From: Sporopachydermia quercuum
Taxonomy: Eukaryota
NCBI GenBank assembly: GCA_001599295.1
Contig: BCGN01000006.1
Coordinates: 1,178,001-1,242,000, forward strand
DNA: 64,000 nt
Direction: 5' to 3'
Both the position numbers and the translations under genes were made by a program. A model generated the notes under the pieces. That model searched no databases. It was not told where the DNA came from and was given only the letters and a program-made list of their open reading frames with translations. Numbering within the stretch: position 1 is the stretch's first letter; each line of letters opens with the position of its first letter. Positions 24,762 to 36,480 of this stretch are shown here, one piece after another.

Positions 24762-26330
24762 ATGGTAGGAACTGTCAGCAAAAGAGTGAACTATTATGGG
24801 CAAAAGTCCAAGCTGGAATGGTTGGCAGCCTTGGATGTCAACGAGACACCAAGTAGGAACTACCGTAAGAGCTCAATTATTGGCACAATTGGACCAGTAA
24901 CCAACTCCGCTGAAATGATCACCAAGCTGAGAAAGTCTGGATTGAACATAATTCGTATGAATTTCAGTCATGGTACTCATGAGTATCACCAGTCAGTCAT
25001 TGACAATGCTCGACAATCTGAGAAAGACTTTGCTAGCCGTCCTTTAGCGATTGCTCTTGATACCAAGGGGCCCGAAATCAGAAGCGGGGACACTAAAAAT
25101 GGCCTTGACTACGATATTCCAGCCGATCACGAAATGACTTTTACTACTGATGAAGCTTATGTTAAGAAAAGTGACGATTCTATTATGTACATCGACTACA
25201 AGAACATAACTAAGGTATTAGAGAAAGGAAAACTGATCTATGTCGATGATGGCCAATTGAGTTTTCAAGTTTTGAAAATTGTCGATGACAAGACTATAAA
25301 AGTGAAGTCTCTGAATGGAGGTAAAATTTCATCACACAAGGGTATCAATCTTCCTGGCACTGATATAGATTTACCTGCCTTATCAGAAAAGGACAAAAGT
25401 GATTTGATTTTCGGTTGTAAGAATGAGGTTGATATGGTATTTGCCTCTTTTATTAGAAGTAAAGATGATGTTTTACAGATCAGAAATTTGCTGAATGAGA
25501 ACGGAGGAAAGACTATTCAGATTATCTGTAAAATCGAATCTCAACAAGGTGTCAATAATTTTGATGAGATTTTGGCAGTAACAGATGGTGTCATGGTTGC
25601 TCGTGGAGATTTAGGAATTGAAATTCCTGCTCCTAGAGTTTTTGTTGTCCAAAAGCAATTGATTGCTAAATGTAATCTGGCTGGTAAGCCTGTTATTTGT
25701 GCCACGCAAATGCTTGAATCTATGACGTACAACCCAAGACCAACTAGAGCTGAAGTCTCTGACGTTGGAAATGCTGTTCTTGATGGAGCAGACTGTGTTA
25801 TGCTTTCTGGTGAAACAGCTAAAGGTAAATATCCTGTTGAGGCTGTCTCAATGATGCATCATACATGTTTGATTGCTGAAATGGCTTTGGCACATGCACA
25901 TTTCTCTGCGGAGCTTAGAGAATTAACCCCTCGTCCTACGGAGACAGGCGAAACTATTGCTATGGCTGCTGTCGCCGCCTCATTTGAACAAAATGCAAAG
26001 GCAATTGCCGTGTTGACTACAAGCGGTAACACTGCTAGATTGTGTGCTAAACATAGACCTAATTGTCCCATTTTAATGATTACGCGAAATCACAGAGCAG
26101 CTAGGTTTGCCCATTTATACAGAGGTGTTTATCCTTTCGAATATCCTTATCCGCGAGCTGATGATTCTCCTGGATACTGGCAACAAGATGTTGATGAAAG
26201 AATCAAGTGGGGTATTGATGAAGCTATGGCTCTTGATGTTTTACAAAAAGGTGATGTTGTCATTGCAATCCAAGGTTGGACTAGAGGTGGTGGTCATACC
26301 AACACTTTACGTATCTTGGAAGCTTTCTAA
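24762..26330 (+). CDS. PYK1: Pyruvate kinase (CDC19/PYK family)
   Basis: [49 protein letters not shown]. Main copy versus paralog is uncertain. Confidence 0.95.
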   Translation: MVGTVSKRVNYYGQKSKLEWLAALDVNETPSRNYRKSSIIGTIGPVTNSAEMITKLRKSGLNIIRMNFSHGTHEYHQSVIDNARQSEKDFASRPLAIALDTKGPEIRSGDTKNGLDYDIPADHEMTFTTDEAYVKKSDDSIMYIDYKNITKVLEKGKLIYVDDGQLSFQVLKIVDDKTIKVKSLNGGKISSHKGINLPGTDIDLPALSEKDKSDLIFGCKNEVDMVFASFIRSKDDVLQIRNLLNENGGKTIQIICKIESQQGVNNFDEILAVTDGVMVARGDLGIEIPAPRVFVVQKQLIAKCNLAGKPVICATQMLESMTYNPRPTRAEVSDVGNAVLDGADCVMLSGETAKGKYPVEAVSMMHHTCLIAEMALAHAHFSAELRELTPRPTETGETIAMAAVAASFEQNAKAIAVLTTSGNTARLCAKHRPNCPILMITRNHRAARFAHLYRGVYPFEYPYPRADDSPGYWQQDVDERIKWGIDEAMALDVLQKGDVVIAIQGWTRGGGHTNTLRILEAF

Positions 26331-29054
26331 GTAATTTCTCCTCTTTTTTTCAAAAATTATTTTCCTTGATTGTATTGCGTTATTCCTTTCTTTTGAATAC
26401 TTACTTATATTGCATTTTGGGTGATTGACCGTCTTGCGTTCTGTAGTGTAGATCACGTAAATCTATGAAACCTCACTTCAGTATAATAATTTCCTTCATA
26501 CGGAGAGAAGGTAGTACGGATGTACCCCAGATTTGGATGACCTCGCGTAAAAATTTATCCTTATTATAAATTTGGCCTATCTGAGATGTGTGAATTATAA
26601 CGTGTGAATAATAGAAGACGATTATATCATTCCCCCTATTCGAGGAACGAATCATAACCTTGAATGAGCAGTTTGGTTCTCTTCAAACAAATTGAGAGAG
26701 TGTTTCATTCAGGATTCTAACCCACTTGGGCAATGCATTTCTGTTTACAAAAAACAATAGTAAACTCATGAGTTATGACTAACAAGAGTGTAGTTATAGC
26801 AACAAACGCTTGAAATCAACCATCGTTATGCTTGTTTTCTGAGGAATGACTCCGTATTTACCCGTTTGAGCAACAGCAAATAATCCCCGGATGCTATCCG
26901 TTGTTGAATAAGGTATTGGCAATTAGGTATATTAGGTATACCTCTTTTTTCTTTTCCTCATACGCCGCACTATACACATACCCCAGTATTTTTGAATTCC
27001 AAACAGATAGCAACTTCACCAATAAACAACTCTTGCTGGCTCGTTTTCGATGACTTGTAATATCACCAAATCAATTATACTCAACGGCGACTTTTGATTG
27101 GACCCTATATCAAAACATATAGAATAATCAATGTTAGAGTATCGTTGAGATTAATAGTTTATTGGCATTTGATAAGTAGACCAATTGAAGGTAAACAGGT
27201 AAATAGAGTCCCTTTACATGTTGAATTTGACAATAGTTGGCTTCACTGTCCAACTTACAGGCCAATAGATTTATGATTTTTGACTCATTCAACTAGTAAC
27301 AAAGATGAGCCATGTCGCCAACAGCACAACTACAGTCCTTTAATGTATTTTATTGATTCTACTCTATTTCATTTACAAATTTGTACTGAATGGCTAAATG
27401 TATTATCAGCATAAAATCATTGTTGGCCAATCATAAAAAAATCAATGAACAAATAAGGATGGGGTAGAATTTGGATAAACTTTATTTTGAAAGTGGTTCC
27501 GAGTTATCCCATGTTGGCCAATATTGAATGGACAAATGTCACAGGGGATTGTGACATAGCTGTCAGCATTAATTTTCAGCTTCTGATTAGTCGTAGTCAA
27601 TTGATTAGGCAAGTTTATTTTATGTTGATTATAGGACATTCTTCTTTTAGCATATCCTTCAAAAAATGAAGCAGTTTTTCTTTGTTGTTGACTTCGCCAT
27701 CGGAACAAATTGCTAATTGAAGGGGTGGCATAGAGCAAAATGGTTGGATGGAGCCTTTTATAGTCCTATTAATACGGGCTGGAAGAGCTTGAATGCCTTT
27801 CCGCCAATTACTAATGAAAATTGTATAGACATACAGAGATTAATGTAATTACACCAACCTTTCTTGAATAAAAATTGATTTATCTATTTCTGTTAGTCAC
27901 ATTATTCTCACGAGTGAAGACATGATGATTCTTGAACCGCGCGGAACAGACGTTGATTGATTATCTACAAATGAAAGCCCAACAAATATTTCGACCAGAA
28001 CCGGTCATATCAGACTTCATCAATTCTCGACATAAAAGTCCTTNGTCTCATTTAATCCATCATTCCGAAATTTGTCCTACCAAAAGTTAAATCCAATAAC
28101 ATCTGGGGTTTCCGTATATTCATGCTTATACAGTGGTTAAAGATGAAATTAGGTTTGTCTTCCCCAGATTTCCTCAGATAGATAGATAACACAATTCTCA
28201 CCATTATCTGTCGACAGACAAACCAGGAATATGGCTGGCATAATATATATATATTATCACGAATAAAAAATGCTATGATTAAATGGAGAGCTATTGTCTA
28301 GGGAAGCACTGTGAAAAGTGAATTTGATGAATATGGTTTCTTGCGTGATTGTATGATGTAAAATTGGTTAACAGAGAAAATATCTCACTCATTGAATCGA
28401 TCAAGTACATACAACCCATTCATACCGAATAAAACGAGATCAGCATTTTTCCAAAAGTCTTCTAACTACTATGTGGCTCATCAGCTTTACAAATTCTTAC
28501 TAAAAAAGTGCAAACTTATCCTTTAGTTGTAATATTAACTACCTTTCTCATTGCGCACAATCAATCTCGTTGATGCTGTGCCAGTATACATCACCAACCG
28601 GTCTCTTCAATCACTTGAATCTACTATTAAATTGAAGAATAATGAGCTCATCCATTTTCATAATATAATCGAAGTAATTAGGAACAAAACTGAATTATTC
28701 ATATGTCAGAAATATCTTTCCATTAGTAAAGAAATTAAATCTTCACTTTTTCCGAGTAGCCAGATAGGCATGTATGGTGAGTTTTGCTTCCGTACACACA
28801 TTGACCACGAGATTATAAATAATAGGCGAACTCCCCAGTTTTTCAGAGGTATTCTTTCTTATTTCAATTTTATCTCTTTGGATATATTGAAGCATTTATT
28901 TCTTTCTCCTTCTCTTTTTCTTATTTATTGTGGTTTTATTCATTTTTGGTATCATCCTGATTGAATTTCTACTGCATATTTTTATTCATTCTTCTCGTCA
29001 ATTGCAATTGTTTGTCCTAAGTCCGAGCACTCAACCAGCTGCTTAATCTTATCG

Positions 29055-30421
29055 GTAAGTTAAACATTTGATCTTCACCGTGAAATTGTTGTACCAGCTT
29101 TTCCATTTATCCAACTACAAGTTTAGTAAATTCTCTCATTTTCTCTCATGCCTCTGTTAATCAAGGATTTAGTGTGTTGGTTATCGTGTTCAGGAAAATG
29201 AGACTACTTTCCTTTCCGAGCTTAAATTAAGCTCAAAAACTCTAATGGGAGGTTTTTTTTTTTTTCCCATAATAATTTCCCCAGGAAATTCTTGCAGACT
29301 AATAATGCATTAAAGGTAGATGTTGGACATTTTACGTGTTTGTGCCAACCATGTCAGACTTTGGACAATAAGTCTGAAATCAAACATTAAATACCCGAGG
29401 ATTGTCATGAAAATGTGTTTGCTGTTCTACTTTGAAGAGTGTTTTCATAATGAGTAGAAAACCTATATCGGGTTGTTAATTATTTCTGCTCTACGATTAG
29501 GCTCGGGCAATCTACAGGAACTGTTCTATGGAGAGTTATTTAACTTACAAAGAGAACTACTCTATCTATACACTGAGAGATTGACCCAAAATTGGGCCTA
29601 TCGCTGATGATTGAATAAGAATCTTTTCAAAGCTATGTCTTAGTTTGTCGCGTGAAAAGTTCTTTTGTCACGATGTTGCCCAGATTAATTGATAACTATT
29701 GAATTATATAACCGAAATTACTATTTTCAGAATTTGTTGGAATAACCAGTTAATAGCATTGAAATGAATACATAGGGGTTGAATTCAAAAAACCTGAGTT
29801 ATGTCTTGGGGAACAGAGAAGATGAAGTTGTTACTGTTTTCATCAGATTATTGATAGACAGCAGCTTGATCATCATCTCTATGATACCTTTCCTGATACC
29901 CTTACTGAGAATTTCCCTGACGTTTTGCTGAGTTTTCTCTTTTATACCAAGTATCCATTCATGCTGCAAACTCGAAGACTGAGTCTGACACGCAAGGAAA
30001 ACTAGTGACATTGGCTGACATCATCTGACATCGTCTGACACTGCTGGAGTCTTCACTGTCCCAATGTTTTCTAACGCTGTGAAAAATGGAAATCTCAAAT
30101 CTTCTTCCCGTGAATGGCCATTTTTCCAACTACTGTTCGCTGGAAGACTGTTCATTATTATTTGATTGTTTAATGCAGACGAATTGATTCTCCGCTTTGT
30201 GTTTTTACCACATGAATAGCATCTTGGTTCTTTGAGCATTACTTTTTTGATACCCTGTTGTGCATCATCTGAAATACCTGACTTTCGATTCGTGCATATA
30301 ATCGCTAATAGTGACAGACTGGTTGGCTTCTTTGAATCTGAGATTGAACAACAGGATTAGCTGCTTTTTATCATATTGAAGTTTCATGATTTTGAAGATA
30401 CATCTAACTAACGGTTTCTAG
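29055..30421 (+). other. Putative 1367-nt spliceosomal intron in the ACS2 5' UTR
   Basis: G|GTAAGT donor at 29055, downstream of TATAAA (28814) and a pyrimidine-rich ATG-free leader. AACTAAC branch at 30406-30412; TAG at 30419-30421, 57 nt before the ATG. Confidence 0.72.
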
Positions 30422-30478
30422 TACTTTTTAAGTGTAATCTACAGTCATTAAAGTCAGTTAAAACATTGAGTAATTGAA

Positions 30479-32467
30479 ATGTCAGCTGAACATAAAGTCG
30501 TTGCCGAAGCCCACAATGTGGCTAAGGTCGATCCTCCCAAAGCTATTTTTGAAAAGCATCATGGTGCTCCTCATTTGAGCGGCATGGAAGAATACGCTAA
30601 GTTGTATGAACAATCAATCAAAGAACCTGAAGTGTTTTTCGCTAAACTTGCCAGAGATATGTTATCTTGGGACAAGGATTTCAAGACAACTAAATCTGGT
30701 GGATTTGAATTCGGAGATGTTGCCTGGTTTTTGGAAGGTGAATTGAACGCTTCTTACAACTGTGTTGATAGACATGCTATCAAGAATCCTAATAAGACTG
30801 CCATTATCTACGAAGCTGATGAACCATCTGATGGTTACACTCTTACCTATGGTGATTTGTTGAGAGAAGTTTCAAGAGTCGCTTATGTTTTAGAATCTTT
30901 TGGCGTCAAGAAAGGTGATACTGTTGCTGTTTACTTGCCTATGATTCCTCAAACTATCATCACTTTATTAGCGATTGTTAGATTGGGTGCTATTCACTCT
31001 GTTGTCTTTGCTGGTTTCTCCTCTGGATCATTGAGAGATCGTATTTTAGACGCTGATTCAAGAGTCGTCATCACCACTGATCAATCAAAGAGAGGTGGAA
31101 AGATCGTTGAAACCAAGAAGATTGTCGATGAAGCTTTAAAACAATGCCCTAATGTTAGAAACGTCCTGGTTTACAAGAGAACTGGCGTTGAGAACTTACC
31201 ATGGATTAAAGACAGAGATTTCTGGTGGCACGAAGAAGTTGTCAAGTACAGACCCTACTATCCACCTACTCCTGTCTCTTCTGAGCATCCATTGTTCTTG
31301 TTGTATACTTCTGGATCGACTGGATCACCCAAGGGTGTAGTCCACGCTACTGCAGGTTATTTATTGGGTGCTGCAATGACTACGAAATATGTGTTTGATT
31401 TACACGAGGAAGATATCTTATTCACAGCTGGTGATGTGGGTTGGATTACTGGTCATTCATACTGTTTGTATGGACCTCTGATGTTAGGATCTACTACAAT
31501 TGTTTTCGAAGGAACTCCTGCTTATCCTAACTATTCCAGATATTGGGATATCATTGACAAATATAAGGCTACTCATTTCTATGTTGCTCCTACTGCTCTT
31601 AGATTGTTGAAGAGAGCCGGTGAAGAATTTATTCATCACGATTTGTCATCCTTAAGAACTTTAGGATCTGTAGGTGAACCAATTGCCCATGAAGTTTGGG
31701 AATGGTATAATGAATACATTGGAAAGAAGAACTGCCATATCTGTGATACTTACTGGCAAACTGAATCTGGTTCTCATTTGATTAGTCCTCTTGCGGGTGT
31801 TACTCCTATGAAGCCAGGTGCTGCTACTTTACCTGTGTTTGGTATCGATCCAGTGTTGATTGATCCTGTTACCGGTACTGAATTAAAAGGTAATGACGTT
31901 GAAGGTGTCTTAGCTATTCGTCAACCTTGGCCTGGTATGGCTAGATCCGTCTACAAGTCTCACCAGAGATATCTTGAAACCTATTTCAAGCCTTATCCTG
32001 GTTATTACTTCACAGGTGATGGTGCTGGCAGAGATCATGACGGTTACTACTGGATCAGAGGTAGAGTTGATGACGTGGTTAACGTTTCTGGTCACAGATT
32101 ATCTACTGCTGAAATCGAATCAGCTTTGTTAGATCATCATGATGTCGCTGAAGCCGCTGTTGTTGGTGTTCACGATGAATTGACCGGTCAAGCTGTTAAT
32201 GCTTTCGTTTCTCTTAAAAAAGCCCCTGAAGACGAAGCTGCCATGAAGAAGGAACTTATCTTACAAGTCCGTAAGGAAATTGGTCCTTTTGCTGCTCCTA
32301 AGGCTATCTTGATTTGCGACGATCTACCAAGAACAAGATCCGGTAAGATCATGAGAAGAGTCTTGAGAAAAGTGTTGGCTCACGAAGAAGAACAATTAGG
32401 TGATATGTCCACTTTGGCTAATCCAGAGTCTGTGGATCATATCATTGAAGTCGTTAACAGAAAATAA
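30479..32467 (+). CDS. ACS2: Acetyl-CoA synthetase, Acs2 type
   Basis: [43 protein letters not shown]; the N-terminus [11 protein letters not shown] resembles Acs2. Confidence 0.95.
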   Translation: MSAEHKVVAEAHNVAKVDPPKAIFEKHHGAPHLSGMEEYAKLYEQSIKEPEVFFAKLARDMLSWDKDFKTTKSGGFEFGDVAWFLEGELNASYNCVDRHAIKNPNKTAIIYEADEPSDGYTLTYGDLLREVSRVAYVLESFGVKKGDTVAVYLPMIPQTIITLLAIVRLGAIHSVVFAGFSSGSLRDRILDADSRVVITTDQSKRGGKIVETKKIVDEALKQCPNVRNVLVYKRTGVENLPWIKDRDFWWHEEVVKYRPYYPPTPVSSEHPLFLLYTSGSTGSPKGVVHATAGYLLGAAMTTKYVFDLHEEDILFTAGDVGWITGHSYCLYGPLMLGSTTIVFEGTPAYPNYSRYWDIIDKYKATHFYVAPTALRLLKRAGEEFIHHDLSSLRTLGSVGEPIAHEVWEWYNEYIGKKNCHICDTYWQTESGSHLISPLAGVTPMKPGAATLPVFGIDPVLIDPVTGTELKGNDVEGVLAIRQPWPGMARSVYKSHQRYLETYFKPYPGYYFTGDGAGRDHDGYYWIRGRVDDVVNVSGHRLSTAEIESALLDHHDVAEAAVVGVHDELTGQAVNAFVSLKKAPEDEAAMKKELILQVRKEIGPFAAPKAILICDDLPRTRSGKIMRRVLRKVLAHEEEQLGDMSTLANPESVDHIIEVVNRK

Positions 32468-32894
32468 GGGTGCAAATGTATTACTTCTCTAGGTTTTAGG
32501 ATATAGAATGGAGAAAATTTTTTTATTTACTTTGGTATAACGTTTTTAATATCTTTCCTTTTAATTCCTTTTTCTTTGTTTATAGAGGATTTTTTGGGAC
32601 AACAATCGGTTCATAAAAATAATGAAGAATCTGATTTGCGAGTTTTTCATTTGACTCTCATGATTATAAACAGACTAATAGATATACATCACATATAAAT
32701 AAATATACATATGAAAGGTACATTTCATTATTTAATGATATTTATTATTCGTTAACTATATAAACTATGCTGTATGGGAAGGAATTGAAAGAAATGTAAT
32801 GACTCTCGATATTTAGGAAGTAATAATAAATAAAGTAACAGTATAGAAAGTATCAGTCATTTAGTATTCAGTTATTATAATTACTTTGCTCAAT

Positions 32895-32935
32895 CACGAA
32901 CCTAACGAATTTACGCGTTTTTCTTCGTGTCACGA
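32895..32935 (+). promoter_or_regulatory. MCB/SCB-like elements upstream of RTT109
   Basis: ACGCGT at 32913, flanked by CACGAA and TTCGTG half-sites, about 200 bp before the ATG. Confidence 0.55.
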
Positions 32936-33111
32936 GATTTCCACGAGCAAGCCAGATTTAAGAAAGTTATAATAGTTTATGGCATTCTTTTAATTCATTT
33001 AAGTATAATTGATAAGGGTTTTCTGGATATAGTTTTATTATTATTCGTTGATATTGCGAAGGGTAATAATGCCCATCATACATTATTGACTGAGGATCCA
33101 ATTTATACAAA

Positions 33112-34326
33112 ATGATTGATCAGAAGAAAGGTGAGTCTCTAACGAAGGCCTTGGAAAAGATTCTACCGAAACTACCAGAACCGTTTGAAAATTTCACATT
33201 AATATCACCAACTTCATCATGCAAACATATTTACCATAAATCGAAAACTGATGATCCAAACTCCCATAAAACCATCAGATCAAAGTTCTTCATATTGCTT
33301 GCCTATAAGANGGTGTTCATATATGCCATTGAGATCTATGTCTACACATCGTTTAATATTAAAGAGGGAGCTGTTTCTAATGTGATAAAAACATTATTTG
33401 TTTCAAAGGCTGATACCTCGGGATATTTTAGTGATCTAGCACAGGAAGAAAACTGTCCCGTTTCCTTCTCAAGTGTTACGAAACTGTTGATCCAGAGTGT
33501 CCTGTCAATTCCGTCAGCAGAGTATGTTAGAGAGTTTGATCCAAAGCTCGATGCTAGAGATATAAAAGAGAAAACTCAGATTTCCATGTTCACTAGGCCT
33601 GAAGGTCAATATTTATTCCCAAATTCCAAACAAAATCCAAGTAAACATATCCTATCAGGAGAAAAGTTGATGCAATGGTGGTTACGTATTATAGATGACT
33701 TGAGCAGTGTTGTATACAAAGAAGAAGGTCTACAATTACGATTGAAAATACCAGGGGCAGAATCCGCTACGGAATTAAAATATTTAAAGGATCAGAAAGG
33801 TGATTGGAAATCGGGTCAAGTTGAAATCCTGCCAATTGATAACTCAACGCCTGCAATCTACAGTATTCCTTTATTCCCAGATGATCCTAAATCTCGATTC
33901 ATTGAGCATTTAGCAGCAGAAGAACGAGCAAGAAAAGTCAATGTCAATCAATTCTGGGAAGAATTAGCCGTCAGACAGGAGTTTCGGTTAGGAATTCTTG
34001 TTAGTGTCATTGGTACGTTAGGTTATGAAAAAGATGATCTGGAAAGTTTTGAACTGAAAGAACAGTCAATTCTGNCTTATCATCTCAATGATAAGCAATA
34101 CAGAGCTCTGACCAACTCTATTCTTGAAGGCGATTATATTTCCTTGAAAGGTGCTGAATTGGCATATAAATCTTTCATGAAAAAGAATCCTCCTGGCAAT
34201 GTTATATCCTCGATTTCTGGTACTTTTGATGCGCTAGCCAAATCAAAGGACTCATCTACAATCAAACGACCTGCTCCAGTAGTGAACGATCTTAGTTCAA
34301 TGATCCGTAAGAAGAAAAAGAAATAA
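33112..34326 (+). CDS. RTT109: Histone H3K56 acetyltransferase Rtt109
   Basis: FVSKADTSG, QYLFPNS..N..KHIL.G..L..WW, FPDDPKSRF, FWEEL..RQEF; basic C-terminus. Confidence 0.93.
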   Translation: MIDQKKGESLTKALEKILPKLPEPFENFTLISPTSSCKHIYHKSKTDDPNSHKTIRSKFFILLAYKXVFIYAIEIYVYTSFNIKEGAVSNVIKTLFVSKADTSGYFSDLAQEENCPVSFSSVTKLLIQSVLSIPSAEYVREFDPKLDARDIKEKTQISMFTRPEGQYLFPNSKQNPSKHILSGEKLMQWWLRIIDDLSSVVYKEEGLQLRLKIPGAESATELKYLKDQKGDWKSGQVEILPIDNSTPAIYSIPLFPDDPKSRFIEHLAAEERARKVNVNQFWEELAVRQEFRLGILVSVIGTLGYEKDDLESFELKEQSILXYHLNDKQYRALTNSILEGDYISLKGAELAYKSFMKKNPPGNVISSISGTFDALAKSKDSSTIKRPAPVVNDLSSMIRKKKKK

Positions 34327-34763
34327 GTCACCGAAGGAAATAAATTAAGCATTTCAAGTAACTATTAATCAACTACCTAACTACTATATATTTCTCAAAT
34401 AATATGAAAGTAAATATTGTATAAATATGCAAATAACATTGTTAATAAACAAGATAATAAATCACTCAGAGTGAAATAAATAATGTAAGGAATAAACAGG
34501 TTCCGTTTGTATTATTGGCCCTTGCCTTGTATCTTACATATGTCTAGAGATATTTTCTTGTTCATACTTGGCAAGGGACAGGACAAAAGAGGTTTGTCCT
34601 AAGCGGATAGAGCGTCTGACAATATAAGAACAATCACCAAAGGAATTGATAGTAGGAAGGAATATAAGAAGAAGATATGTAATTTTTCTAACGAAAGAGA
34701 CTCTGAATAATATCTATTCTCATATATATATTTGTATTATAGCATTTTACGGTGATTTGCAAA

Positions 34764-35240
34764 ATGTCGTTGGAATTGCAAGCCCAAAGTCGGAAAGAGA
34801 AGCTGGCTAAGCTAAGAGGAATTACCTCAACGAAAGCAAGGACTGACTTAGGAGAAAAATCTTTGGAGAATGAGCGCGATAATAAAGGAAGAGAAGGGAG
34901 CGAAGAAGGGAAAGAAACGGAACTCAATGTTATATCTGGCAGAAACTTCGATATAGAAACCCGAATGCCGAAAGTCGGGTTCTTGAATCCACCAAAAGTA
35001 GATGCTGACGGTGGTACATTAGAAGCGTTATCGAAAGCAGAAGAAGAAGCAATTATAAAACGGCTAGTTGATAAGGAAAACAACAAAGAGGAGTTACGAC
35101 TAGATAACCTGAAGCCTAAGCGAGATAACTGGGATCTGAAAAGAAGTATGGAACGAGAGCTAAAGATATTAGATAAGCGAACAAACCGCGCAATAGTGGA
35201 GGAGGTAAGGGCGAGGATACTTGAATCGAAAAAAGATTGA
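34764..35240 (+). CDS. CWF18: Spliceosome-associated Cwf18/CCDC12-like protein
   Basis: RKEKLAKLR, RNFD, LKPKRDNWDLKR...LDKRTNRAI. Confidence 0.85.
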   Translation: MSLELQAQSRKEKLAKLRGITSTKARTDLGEKSLENERDNKGREGSEEGKETELNVISGRNFDIETRMPKVGFLNPPKVDADGGTLEALSKAEEEAIIKRLVDKENNKEELRLDNLKPKRDNWDLKRSMERELKILDKRTNRAIVEEVRARILESKKD

Positions 35241-35547
35241 CTGATATCCGATGTGAAAGAATGAAAATATTCATATAAGAGAAGAAGGAGTAATGAGAAA
35301 GGAAAAAGCAAATACTGGACTNTCTAAGGAAAACTTGAGCGGTTTGCATTTAACTTTTGATTATTGTAGATCCTTAGTTATGTTGTAATTTTAACTACGC
35401 AAGTGTATATTATCTATAAATTCTAAACCGTTTATTTCTTCAACCCCATAAATTTGAATGTTTCTATGAAATCATAATTTTTTCTTCTTCTTCTTCTTCT
35501 TCTTGATCAATGAATAAGTTATGGCTTGTGGACATGAAGCAAATCCA

Positions 35548-36480
35548 TTAAACTCCTTCTTCATAGTTAACAGCCTCAAAGAAATACATAACAGCNAATA
35601 TAACGAAAACAACAGCACCGCCTAGGGTAACAGTCTTCATACTGATTTTGCTTGCAATCAATTGACCTCCAATCACAGCACCGCCAGTACATATGCCGTG
35701 TCCAACAACTGAGCCAAAAATCACATACCAATAGTCAGAACCAGCAGCCATAGCGATAGTTGCGAATTGCGACCTATCACCCCACTCACCTAAAAACGTC
35801 ATTGTAAAAACCTGAATCCATTCAGGAGAGAAGATAAAGGACAAGAGGTTGACAATAGAGGCTTTTAAATTCTTTAATTTTGATGAGGGTGAGGCTGATG
35901 GATGTGACCCATTTTCTAGTTCATCATTTTGATCATTAATGACCTTTGTTTCAATTTCCTCTTGAACTTCTTGCATCTCTTCATCAACACCTTCATCCCG
36001 GCTCATTTCAAATCCTTCTTTGAAAAGCTTCAACCCAAAGATCACGAAAAAGACTGACGCTAAGTAATGGGTTATTTTTGGAGAAAACAAAGCAGGTAAA
36101 GTATGCCCTATCAGACCAGATAAAACTGTCATTATCATTAAAGCACCGAAAGCTGCAGTAAATACAACAAGTCTTGAGGATCTCATAGCCATTAAAGCGG
36201 CAATGAGAAAAGTCTTATCACCAATCTCTGATACAACAATCATACACAATGAAGCGGAAAATGATTTGAAACTAGATTCAGACTCAAATTCTGAATTTTT
36301 TACATCAACCGCGCTTTCAGTGGTATCAAGCGAATCGCTGACATCGATCTCACTTTTCAGTTCCGACAAATATTCACTCTCTGTGACTGATATTGCTTCA
36401 GCTTTGATAGAGTTGATGAACAAAGCCAGCGCTATCAAAATCGCTAATGATGTAAGAAACTTCATCTTGATGCCAACCAT
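35548..36480 (-). CDS. GDT1: Golgi Ca2+/Mn2+ transporter Gdt1 (UPF0016/TMEM165)
   Basis: Twin motifs EIGDKT and EWGDRS; signal peptide and TM segments. Confidence 0.95.
   Translation of the reverse strand: MVGIKMKFLTSLAILIALALFINSIKAEAISVTESEYLSELKSEIDVSDSLDTTESAVDVKNSEFESESSFKSFSASLCMIVVSEIGDKTFLIAALMAMRSSRLVVFTAAFGALMIMTVLSGLIGHTLPALFSPKITHYLASVFFVIFGLKLFKEGFEMSRDEGVDEEMQEVQEEIETKVINDQNDELENGSHPSASPSSKLKNLKASIVNLLSFIFSPEWIQVFTMTFLGEWGDRSQFATIAMAAGSDYWYVIFGSVVGHGICTGGAVIGGQLIASKISMKTVTLGGAVVFVIXAVMYFFEAVNYEEGV

Noticed and set aside
27920..27960. Box C-like ATGATGA and reverse B-box-like GGTTCAA
   Set aside because: No box D at a suitable distance and no cloverleaf.
28551..28964. 137-aa ORF upstream of ACS2
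   Set aside because: TTG start, no recognisable domain, and it overlaps the TATA/pyrimidine-rich promoter.
29860..29925. TPP riboswitch-like words (CTGAGA, ATACCC, CTTGAT) in the ACS2 intron
   Set aside because: They occur in the wrong order and lack P1-P5 pairing.
24762..32467. Alternative CUG code (Ser or Ala)
   Set aside because: CTG codons fall on conserved Leu positions (PYK KLRK and SLNG; ACS GPL and VLV).
34688..35311. Long antisense ORFs (also 7056-7550, 38244-38861, 51029-51574, 63011-63613)
   Set aside because: They are shadows on the opposite strand of real genes, with no independent evidence.
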